Positions 53,617 to 61,558 of a stretch of 64,000 nt of DNA are shown piece after piece (the first letter of the stretch is position 1; the number at the start of each line of letters is the position of its first letter). Position numbers and translations under genes: made by a program. Source of the DNA: Clostridia bacterium. GTDB lineage: Bacteria; Bacillota; Clostridia; Acetivibrionales; DTU013. The notes under the pieces were generated by a model. That model searched no databases and was not told the origin of the DNA. It worked only from the letters and a program-made list of their open reading frames with translations. The stretch spans positions 34,378 to 98,377 of the forward strand of contig DATALQ010000018.1 in assembly GCA_036260935.1 (NCBI GenBank), read 5' to 3'.

Positions 53617-54627
53617 ATGAACAATCACTTATCTGATATAAATAGCCCGATAAAGCTGGGTCACGATAAAAAAATATTGTTGGAGCGCCCCTGGGTCCCC
53701 GAAATAATCGAGAATCCGAATAATATTCCCAAGGGGGACATGCCTGGCGATAAAATTGTGATCAGCCCGGATCATATTAAAAAAGCACATGCGATTTTTC
53801 CGGGATTGCTGGAAATACTTGTGCCGATACTTAACGATAATCAATACCGCCGCGCGGTCGTTGCCGTGTGCGGCGGATCAGGCGTAGGTAAATCCGAGAT
53901 AGCCTCATTGCTGTCCCATTATTTAAACAGTATAGGACTGAACAGCTATACCTTATCCGGTGACAACTATCCTCACAGGATACCCAGGTATAACGATGCC
54001 GAGCGTTTGCGTATTTTCAGGCACAGCGGGATAAGGGGTTTGATTGCTCATGGGGAGTATACGGACGGCAGGCAGACAATCATCAGGGAACTTCAAAAAA
54101 GCGGCAGGGACGCCGATCAGGATTATACTAAAATATACCACTGGCTTTCCATATACCAGAGTGCCGGCCGCTGCGGTTTGAAGAACTATTTGGGTACGCC
54201 CGCGGAAATAGACTTTGACGAGCTTACGGGAATAATTACGCAATTCAAAAACGGCCGGTCACAGATACTTCTCAAGCGGATGGGACGGGAGGAAACGGAG
54301 TTCTGGTATGAATCAGTTGACTTCAGTGACGGGAATGTTTTGTTGATCGAGTGGACCCATGGGAACAATCACAACCTTTTCGGCGTAGATATTCCTATTT
54401 TGCTTAACAGCACGCCGCAAGAGACCCTTGAACATCGCAAATCCCGAAACAGAGACGGCAACGCCGACAGTCCGTTTACAACCATGGTCCTTGAACTCGA
54501 GCAGGATATACTTTTTACTCAGGCATCAAGAGCAAAGCTGATAGTGTCGAAGAACGGCGAAATACTGACTTTCAGAGACTATGCCGGACTTATGATGGAG
54601 AAGCGACAGGAGGCCGGCAATGGATGA
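53617..54627 (+). CDS. P-loop kinase of the uridine-kinase/PRK-like type, substrate unknown
   Basis: 336 aa. Walker A VCGGSGVGKSEIA followed by the LSGDNYPH segment (equivalent to the xSxDDFY of Udk/PRK/GLYK-type kinases). The stop overlaps the next start (ATGGATGA). Confidence 0.6.
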   Translation: MNNHLSDINSPIKLGHDKKILLERPWVPEIIENPNNIPKGDMPGDKIVISPDHIKKAHAIFPGLLEILVPILNDNQYRRAVVAVCGGSGVGKSEIASLLSHYLNSIGLNSYTLSGDNYPHRIPRYNDAERLRIFRHSGIRGLIAHGEYTDGRQTIIRELQKSGRDADQDYTKIYHWLSIYQSAGRCGLKNYLGTPAEIDFDELTGIITQFKNGRSQILLKRMGREETEFWYESVDFSDGNVLLIEWTHGNNHNLFGVDIPILLNSTPQETLEHRKSRNRDGNADSPFTTMVLELEQDILFTQASRAKLIVSKNGEILTFRDYAGLMMEKRQEAGNG

Positions 54628-56362
54628 AGGTGCCATGAAAAAGCAGTCGGATAAAGCTATAAAGTCAGGCCCTATGCTGAACGCCTATCCCGACAGCATC
54701 GGCGGGTCATTGCGCGACATCGTCGAATTTCTTCAACTACCTGAGCTTGACGGTGTATTTCAGTCATTTTATATATTGCCCAGCATATTCAATACCGATT
54801 TGGACCGGGGATTTTCAGTGATAGATTATGAACTGAATGAAATCTATGCTTCCCGTGAAGATTTCGATATCCTGAAGGAGCTTGGAATAGCGCTCAAGCT
54901 TGACTTTGTACTGAACCATTCTTCAGTTTTGTCAAGGCAGTTTCAAGACATATTGAAAAACGGAAATGCTTCAAGGTACAGGGATTTTTTCATTGATTGG
55001 AACAAATTCTGGGAAGGCCGCGGCCCGGTGACAGATGCCGGATACATACAGCCCGAATCAGATTTGCTCAAAAACATGTTTTTCAGGAAACCGGGGCTTC
55101 CCATCCTGAGAGTCCGCATGCCGGACGGGAATGAGGTCCCGTATTGGAATACGTTTTACCAGGAAGTGAAATATGAAAAGGTCGATGCACAGGGCCTGAT
55201 GAAATGTATGGATATACAGTATCTTGCGGCGGAGAGACTGGCAGGCATTATAAACAATGCTCTCGACGCAGGGAAGAAGCCTGCGGAGATGGAATTCGGC
55301 AGGTTCTCAAGATACAGCAAAAAAGTAATCGATATGCTCGAATCGGGGCGTAAATATCTGGGGCAGATGGATCTCAACGTAAAATCACCGTTGGTATGGG
55401 AGTTTTACGAGGAGACGCTGAAAAAATTGTCGCAGTACGGGGCCGAAATAGTAAGGCTCGATGCATTTGCATACGCTTCCAAGGAGCCCGGCGCCAGAAA
55501 TTTCTTCAATGAACCGGAGACCTGGGAGCTGCTTGAACGGATAAAGTCGTTGGCTGACCGATTCGGGCTGACCCTGCTGCCCGAGATACATTCAAGGTAT
55601 GAGGAAAAAATGCATGAGAAGCTTGCCGAAAAAGGCTACCTGACATATGATTTCTTTCTGCCCGGGTTGATAATAGACGCATTGGAAAGGAACTCAAACG
55701 AGTATCTGATCACATGGATCAATGACATACAGGAAAAAAGCATCAGAACCGTCAACATGCTTGGAAGCCATGACGGCATTCCGTTGCTGGATCTTAAGGG
55801 TCTGATACCGGACGGACAGATCGACAACCTGATAAGGACGGTAGTTGACCGGGGCGGTTATATAAAGGATCTGCACGGCAGCAGAAATGTTTATTACCAG
55901 GTAAATGCCACGTATTACAGCGCTTTGGGCGAGGATGACAGGAAACTGCTTCTGGCGAGGGCTATCCAGATGTTTATGCCGGGAAAGCCGCAGGTGTGGT
56001 ATCTTGACCTTTTTGCCGGAAGGAACGACAAGGAAGCCGTAGAAAAAGCGGGTCCAGGAGGACATAAGGAGATTAACAGAACAAACCTTTCTCTGGAGCA
56101 GGCCCGGAGGGGACTGGAAAGTGAAGTGGTTCGAAAGCAGCTCTCCCTGCTGAGATTCAGGAATGCATTCCCTGCATTCGGGTTTGATGCAAAGCTAAGG
56201 ATCCATGCTTCCAAACGACAGGAATTGATACTGTCCTGGGAAAATAACAGCTGTATGGCAAGGCTGGAAGCGGATCTCAAGGAATATTGTTTCCGTATCA
56301 CCGCGGTAAATAAAAAAGGCGAGTCCGTTTTTTTGACCGGTGATGATGATATGAAAATATGA
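54620..56362 (+). CDS. GH13_18 sucrose-phosphorylase-family glycoside phosphorylase (long, YcjM/glucosylglycerate-phosphorylase-like)
   Basis: 580 aa. LNAYPDSIGG start region. GH13 catalytic motifs RLDAFAY (nucleophile), LLPEIH (acid/base) and GSHDGIPLLD. A long insertion follows the third strand. Confidence 0.8.
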   Translation: MDEGAMKKQSDKAIKSGPMLNAYPDSIGGSLRDIVEFLQLPELDGVFQSFYILPSIFNTDLDRGFSVIDYELNEIYASREDFDILKELGIALKLDFVLNHSSVLSRQFQDILKNGNASRYRDFFIDWNKFWEGRGPVTDAGYIQPESDLLKNMFFRKPGLPILRVRMPDGNEVPYWNTFYQEVKYEKVDAQGLMKCMDIQYLAAERLAGIINNALDAGKKPAEMEFGRFSRYSKKVIDMLESGRKYLGQMDLNVKSPLVWEFYEETLKKLSQYGAEIVRLDAFAYASKEPGARNFFNEPETWELLERIKSLADRFGLTLLPEIHSRYEEKMHEKLAEKGYLTYDFFLPGLIIDALERNSNEYLITWINDIQEKSIRTVNMLGSHDGIPLLDLKGLIPDGQIDNLIRTVVDRGGYIKDLHGSRNVYYQVNATYYSALGEDDRKLLLARAIQMFMPGKPQVWYLDLFAGRNDKEAVEKAGPGGHKEINRTNLSLEQARRGLESEVVRKQLSLLRFRNAFPAFGFDAKLRIHASKRQELILSWENNSCMARLEADLKEYCFRITAVNKKGESVFLTGDDDMKI

Positions 56363-56384
56363 GCTAATGAGAAGGGGTAAGACA

Positions 56385-57323
56385 ATGGACTACGGAATAA
56401 ACCGGGAAATCCTTACGGAGATCGTCAGGTCCAGGGGAGTTATCTGGCCTGAGGCAAATCAGCATAAAGCCGACGGTTCGTTTGATCTTGAGAGCAATCA
56501 CAGGACATGGAACTCAGCCATATCACAATTTAAACAGATACAATTATGGGAAGACGGGGCGCCCGGCTATGATAAAAATATCGGCCAGCCCCAGCCCTCG
56601 GTCATTTTTATACCGAGCCCTTCGGGAACAGTGCGCGGCACGGTCATTATTGCGCATGGGGGCGCTTTCATGGCAAGGGCGGGCCATGAGGGGTTTCATG
56701 CAGCTGACTATTTCAACAGAGCAGGGTTTTCGACAGCTGTTCTAACATACAGATTAATACCCTATACACGGTTCGATGCGATCAGAGACATGCAGCGCGC
56801 CATCCGGGTATTGAGATCGAGAGCCGACGAGCTTGGAATATCCGATAAGGTTGCCGTTATGGGTTTCTCGGCAGGAGGCATGCTTGCCGGTAATTGTGCG
56901 ACTCATTTCGACTACGGAAATGAGAGCGCTTCCGATGCGATCGAAAGGAGCTCATGCCGGCCTGATGCTGCAGTCGTCTGTTATGGTGCGTTCAGCAGCG
57001 TCTCTTTCCCCGGTCCTATGTTCGGCAAGGTATTTGGTGATCCTCAAAGGGCAGAACAGGTTTATCTGGCGCCCGAGAAAAACATAACCCCCGAAACACC
57101 GCCCTTTTTCATATGGCAGACAATAAGCGACGACCCGAGACATTCCATGAATCTCGCAAAGGAATTGACAGACGCGGGTGTACCTTTCGAATTGCACTGT
57201 TTTCAGGATGGGACGCACGGTTTGGGCCTTGCTGATGGCGTAAATGATCAGAACGTCAGGATTCCCCACTTGATGCATTGGAGTGAGCTATGTTCGGAAT
57301 GGTTGGAGTCTCAAGGCTTTTAA
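56385..57323 (+). CDS. Alpha/beta-hydrolase (esterase/lipase, HGG type)
   Basis: 312 aa from ATG 56385. HGGAF oxyanion motif, GFSAGG nucleophile elbow, C-terminal DGTHG. Confidence 0.8.
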   Translation: MDYGINREILTEIVRSRGVIWPEANQHKADGSFDLESNHRTWNSAISQFKQIQLWEDGAPGYDKNIGQPQPSVIFIPSPSGTVRGTVIIAHGGAFMARAGHEGFHAADYFNRAGFSTAVLTYRLIPYTRFDAIRDMQRAIRVLRSRADELGISDKVAVMGFSAGGMLAGNCATHFDYGNESASDAIERSSCRPDAAVVCYGAFSSVSFPGPMFGKVFGDPQRAEQVYLAPEKNITPETPPFFIWQTISDDPRHSMNLAKELTDAGVPFELHCFQDGTHGLGLADGVNDQNVRIPHLMHWSELCSEWLESQGF

Positions 57324-57380
57324 CAAGGAATTTGATCACTGTGGAAATATATCGTTCATTCTGTTTGCGGTAGTATGGCA

Positions 57381-57413
57381 GAGAGACTCCGGATCCGGAG
57401 TCTCTCCGTTTTT
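57381..57413 (+). terminator. Rho-independent terminator of the kinase-phosphorylase-esterase unit
   Basis: GAGAGACTCCGG-AT-CCGGAGTCTCTC perfect 12-bp stem followed by CGTTTTT. Confidence 0.85.
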
Positions 57414-57452
57414 ACCGGCCATTCCGCGAAGCGGAATCAGGCCAAAATCGAG

Positions 57453-57479
57453 CGGGGCTCGATGCCCCCGAGATTTTTT
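57453..57479. terminator. Second GC hairpin with T8 (possibly bidirectional; abuts the LacI-3 stop)
   Basis: CGGGGC-TCGAT-GCCCCCG followed by AGATTTTTTTT on the plus strand. On the minus strand the same hairpin follows the LacI-3 stop and precedes CTCGATTTT. Confidence 0.55.
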
Positions 57480-58457
57480 TTAAGTGGTTTCTCTTTTTAT
57501 AAGAGTGACGGGGAAGGTTACGGCCGATGGGATAACTTTGTTTTCGGCCTTGAATACGATGCTTTCAACCGCATACTGGCATATATCGTCCACGGACTGG
57601 TGTATTGTCGTGATTGCCGGGCTGCAGAGAGTACACAGATCGATATCGTCATACCCTACAATTTTTATCTGATCCGGTATTTTGATTCCGCGTTTATTGC
57701 AGATGGCTATTGCCTGTGCGGCGATGATGTCGTTCGACGTGAAAATGCCGTCCACATCGGGGTACTTGTCCAGAAGCACGTCTATAACCGTTTCGTAATG
57801 CATCGATTGGAACTGTTCTTCATTTGCATCGATGACAATCTGCGGTATGCCTTTTCTTTCACAAACCTCTTTGAAACCGAAATAACGCTTGTTTGCATCC
57901 ATGTTGAGATCGGTGCTGCCGCTAATGTGGGCGAGCTTTTTGCAGCCTTTGGATATAAGGTGCTCTGCCGCAAGTACCCCGCCCTGATAGTTATCCGAGC
58001 AGATGGAAGGAATATGCGGCGACAAGATACGGTCAATGGATATGACAGGCGCGTCGATTGCTATATTTTTATCTATATCCTGCGTATGGCTTGCAATAAT
58101 AACGCCGGCTACCTTGTTCGCGCCCAGCATATCAAAGAATTCGATTTCCTTTTTAGGCTCCAGGTTTGACGTACAGAGCAGCAGTTTAAATCCGTGCTTT
58201 GACACGTGATGCTCGATGGAATCTATCACTTTGCAGAAAAACATGTTGCTTGCAGAGGGAACGATTAAACCGATATAGCTGCTCTTTTTCAATGAGAGCG
58301 CGCGCGCAAATTCATTTGGCTGATAATTCAGCTCTTTCATGGCCTGGCGGATCTTTTTACGCGTCTTTTCACTGACGTAACCCCGGTCGTTTAACATCCG
58401 GGATACCGTAGTTACCGTAACCCCGCACTTTTCAGCTACATCCTTCAATGTACTCAT
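57480..58457 (-). CDS. LacI-family transcriptional regulator (LacI-3)
   Basis: 325 aa. HTH STLKDVAEKCGVTVTTVSRMLN plus a sugar-binding domain. Confidence 0.85.
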   Translation of the reverse strand: MSTLKDVAEKCGVTVTTVSRMLNDRGYVSEKTRKKIRQAMKELNYQPNEFARALSLKKSSYIGLIVPSASNMFFCKVIDSIEHHVSKHGFKLLLCTSNLEPKKEIEFFDMLGANKVAGVIIASHTQDIDKNIAIDAPVISIDRILSPHIPSICSDNYQGGVLAAEHLISKGCKKLAHISGSTDLNMDANKRYFGFKEVCERKGIPQIVIDANEEQFQSMHYETVIDVLLDKYPDVDGIFTSNDIIAAQAIAICNKRGIKIPDQIKIVGYDDIDLCTLCSPAITTIHQSVDDICQYAVESIVFKAENKVIPSAVTFPVTLIKRETT

Positions 58458-58510
58458 ACAAATACTCCAAAATAAATTCCTTTTCTATAAGCTAACATAA
58501 CCTGTGTTTT

Positions 58511-58527
58511 GTGTCAACCCAGTGACC
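58511..58527. promoter_or_regulatory. Degenerate dyad GTGTCAA-CCCA-GTGACC between GT1 and LacI-3
   Basis: Matches TGTCAA-N4-TTGACA in 4/5 positions of the right arm. On the minus strand it reads GGTCAC-TGGG-TTGACAC, upstream of LacI-3. Confidence 0.35.
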
Positions 58528-59819
58528 TATTTTATGACTTGACTGGAATTGGAAAAAGTACTCGTGCTTAAATGTCTTTCAACAATATCTACTGCTTTTT
58601 GTACTCCGTTTTCCAATTCAATTGTTCTACCAAGCTGCCTGGCTTTTGCTTTCATGCTATCATCACTAACGGCAATTTTGATTAAATCAGCTAACTTTTC
58701 CGGTGTTAATTTGCTGTAAGCCGTAGATTTCGGCCCGGCTCCAAGTTCAGATATCCTCTGTGCCCAAAAAGGCTGATCCGCGAAGAAAGGAGCGACTATC
58801 GAAGGTACTCCCGATCGTACCGCCGCCGCAGTAGTGCCTGCTCCGCCATGGTGGACTATGGCAGCCATTCTTTTAAACAACCATGCATGAGGTATTGAGT
58901 CGACCCTTAAAACCGAATCAGGAAGTTTTTCGCTCCCCAAACCATTCCATCCTGAGGATATGATACCACGCTGCCCGCTCAACCTAAGTGCCTCCAATGC
59001 TATCTGTGTAATACGTTCAGGTTCCTTGTCGACCATGCTTCCAAACCCGATATAGACAGGCGGCGCTCCGGAGCTGAGGAAAACTTCAAGATCTTTCGGC
59101 GGCTTCCAGCCTTCAGGTTCATCAAGAAACCAATATCCGGTTATATTTATTGAATCGGGCCAGTCCTCCGGTTTGGGAACAATCGATGGACTGAAGCCGC
59201 AAAGAACAGGAGCCTCACTACTATATATTTTTTTGTATGCGCCCCAAAAGTTTTGCGGTTTCAGACCGAGTATGTCCTTTCGCCAAATATTGAGTTCCTT
59301 TCTTAAGGGTTGCCATGCTATTTGCTCTGTCAATTCATGCGTAAGCTTATTATAAGGAGCCAGGTTAAAAAAGTCAGGGACAAAGGGGGAATGAAATTCC
59401 GATGTGGGACATACCGGAAGGACCATAGTATGAATGCACGGTATTCCAAGCTTTTCCGCACTATCCGACGCACCCATGGCTCCCAATGTAGTTATTATCA
59501 GGTTGCTTCCCTGACAAGCTTCCCAGGTCTCATTAAAAACCCCTTTGATTAAGGGCTCCAATTCTTTAAATACCGTTCTGATAAAGCTTAACTTGTTTTT
59601 ACTTTGGGCTGCGCTTTTCATCTTCAGATTATTGACGAATTCCCGTGGGTTAACACTATTTGTCTGTATATACTCAAGTCCGTTTTCTGTTATGATCTCC
59701 CGAAACTCTTCTGCTGCAGGCATGTGTACTGAAAACCCCGCTTTTCTCAAGCCTGCCCCCAATGCGACGTAAGGCTGCACATCTCCCCGTGAACCTGCTG
59801 TTACTATCGTAATCTTCAT
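58527..59819 (-). CDS. GT1-family (UGT/MGT-like) glycosyltransferase
   Basis: 430 aa. N-terminal TAGSRGDVQPYVALG and C-terminal nucleotide-sugar motif HHGGAGTTAAAVRSGVPSIVAPFFADQPFW. Confidence 0.8.
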   Translation of the reverse strand: MKITIVTAGSRGDVQPYVALGAGLRKAGFSVHMPAAEEFREIITENGLEYIQTNSVNPREFVNNLKMKSAAQSKNKLSFIRTVFKELEPLIKGVFNETWEACQGSNLIITTLGAMGASDSAEKLGIPCIHTMVLPVCPTSEFHSPFVPDFFNLAPYNKLTHELTEQIAWQPLRKELNIWRKDILGLKPQNFWGAYKKIYSSEAPVLCGFSPSIVPKPEDWPDSINITGYWFLDEPEGWKPPKDLEVFLSSGAPPVYIGFGSMVDKEPERITQIALEALRLSGQRGIISSGWNGLGSEKLPDSVLRVDSIPHAWLFKRMAAIVHHGGAGTTAAAVRSGVPSIVAPFFADQPFWAQRISELGAGPKSTAYSKLTPEKLADLIKIAVSDDSMKAKARQLGRTIELENGVQKAVDIVERHLSTSTFSNSSQVIK

Positions 59820-59921
59820 AATTTTACCTCCTGAATTTTCATCTGGAAATTGGCGAAATAATTGATTGAGAAATAGCTAAAAAGCTTACTTCAAATACCG
59901 ATTTTCAATCAAATTATCAAT

Positions 59922-60284
59922 TCAATTAAAGAGAAAAACAGAAGGAAAATACTTTGAATATGTTTTAAACAGGAATGGAATAATCAAGTATAGGAAAAAA
60001 AGAATATCCAAATCGATTAGAATACGTTTAGACATATATAGTGATAAACAGAACAGGAAAAGACCAATTGAAACATAATCGGCAATAACGCATTTTTTAA
60101 GATGTATTTGTTTGTTTAATTCGACTTTTTTGTTTTCAATTGTCTGGCAGGGAAACACCTTGCTTAATTCTTGAAACATAGTCTTCAAGAAGAGGCATAG
60201 AAATGAGAATATATATTTAGGGATACATAATACTATATCTGTAAAATGAACTACTTTTCTCATAAACCCCAAAATCCTGCACAT
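59922..60284 (-). CDS. Hypothetical membrane protein in AT-rich DNA (doubtful)
   Basis: 120-aa ORF, hydrophobic and Phe/Leu/Ile/Lys-rich as expected from AT-rich sequence. No clear SD and no recognisable family. Confidence 0.25.
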   Translation of the reverse strand: MCRILGFMRKVVHFTDIVLCIPKYIFSFLCLFLKTMFQELSKVFPCQTIENKKVELNKQIHLKKCVIADYVSIGLFLFCLSLYMSKRILIDLDILFFLYLIIPFLFKTYSKYFPSVFLFN

Positions 60285-60458
60285 ATTATTTTCAGATTTT
60301 CCTTAAGTATATATTGTTATCTGAACCTTGTAAACGAATTTACGTAATGCCACCTAATGGAAATACAGATATGAGCAATATCTCTTAGCGAAGAATTAAA
60401 AACAACGATGAAGAAAATAATAAAAACAGTGTCAATTTGAATGAAGCCGGGTGATTGT

Positions 60459-60839
60459 ATGGAAATCAGAGAAAATATAATGATCCCCTTTGGCTACGGT
60501 AAGTTTGTGCGTTCGGACAAAGTCGTAAGCCTGGAGCCGATCGAAGATGACAGGGGACCGGGAAGAAGAACGATCGTATATGTCGAAGACGTAAAAGCGC
60601 CTTTTATTGCCTCAAGAACGGAGAACTCCATACTGGCAAACATGGTCGAGGTTCCAAGGGAAGAATTGGAGGCTGCGGCTTCATTGGAGCTTCTCAAGGA
60701 TATTTGGGACGAAATGTCCCAGATCGGCCCTATGTTACGCAAGAGTATCAAAAAAGAAGCGAATTTCGATATAGATAAAATCGAGAAGAAGATAAATGAA
60801 ATTCTAAAGCATGAGATCGAATTCGATCTCATGCACTAG
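60459..60839 (+). CDS. RemA/DUF370-like protein with a C-terminal extension
   Basis: 126 aa from ATG 60459. MIPFGYGKFVRSDKVVSLEPIE...GRRT...FIASRTENSILANM aligns by eye with RemA (INIGFGN.V.A.R.ISIV.PES...GRRTRAV...ILSAVQPET.A.R). It adds ~55 acidic/helical residues. Confidence 0.45.
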   Translation: MEIRENIMIPFGYGKFVRSDKVVSLEPIEDDRGPGRRTIVYVEDVKAPFIASRTENSILANMVEVPREELEAAASLELLKDIWDEMSQIGPMLRKSIKKEANFDIDKIEKKINEILKHEIEFDLMH

Positions 60840-60864
60840 AGCGTTTTTGTTCATTTCGATCCGA

Positions 60865-60890
60865 ATCCCGCCTTATTGCGGTATTTTTTT
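60865..60890 (+). terminator. Terminator after the RemA-like gene
   Basis: ATCCCGC-CTTATT-GCGGTAT (one mismatch) followed by T6. Confidence 0.6.
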
Positions 60891-61010
60891 ATGCATCTTT
60901 TCTACTTGACGATACACCCTGTCCCGGATTATAATTATTTAGCATGCGAAATAATCGTACACGAATATTATGTATGCTAATTATATTATGTGGAATATAA
61001 TCAGTCGGGA

Positions 61011-61475
61011 ATGAGAAGGGGTGATATTTTGTCCGAAGCGTATGATAAGACGGAAGTCGGCAGGTTGATATTCGAATTGGGAAAGTTGATGAAGCAATAC
61101 ATGCGTAAATACTTTGAACATGAAGGCATAACTATGCCGCAGAGTTCCGTTCTTGGCACGCTCATGAAAAACGGAGAAATGAAGATAACTGAACTCAGCA
61201 GCAAACTGACTCTTTCGAATAGTACGGTCTCGGGTATCGTCGACAGACTCGAGAAGCAGCAGCTCGTTGAAAGACGCCGCAGTGAAGATGACAGAAGAAT
61301 AGTTTATGTGAAGGCTTCACAGAAATTTTTTGATATGCACACCGAGTCGCATAAAAAAATTGAAAGATCCTTCGAGGAAATGCTTGATTCAGGGACTCCG
61401 GAAGAGATCGATAAAATAATAGACGGTTTGAATACCCTGAAGAAAATAGTCAGTGAATGTATAAATAAGGAATAA
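61011..61475 (+). CDS. MarR-family transcriptional regulator
   Basis: wHTH ITELSSKLTLSNSTVSGIVDRLEKQQLVERRRSEDDRR. Start ambiguous: ATG 61011 or TTG 61029, which follows AAGGGGTGAT. Upstream TTGACG-17-TATAAT and the inverted repeat TTAGCAT...ATGCTAA are present. Confidence 0.8.
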   Translation: MRRGDILSEAYDKTEVGRLIFELGKLMKQYMRKYFEHEGITMPQSSVLGTLMKNGEMKITELSSKLTLSNSTVSGIVDRLEKQQLVERRRSEDDRRIVYVKASQKFFDMHTESHKKIERSFEEMLDSGTPEEIDKIIDGLNTLKKIVSECINKE

Positions 61476-61558
61476 TGCTGTAAAATCACGATTTAGTAGG
61501 AAAATTTGATCCGGAAAACGTATAATGACTGAAATTGATAGCAGGAGAGGAATCGAAT

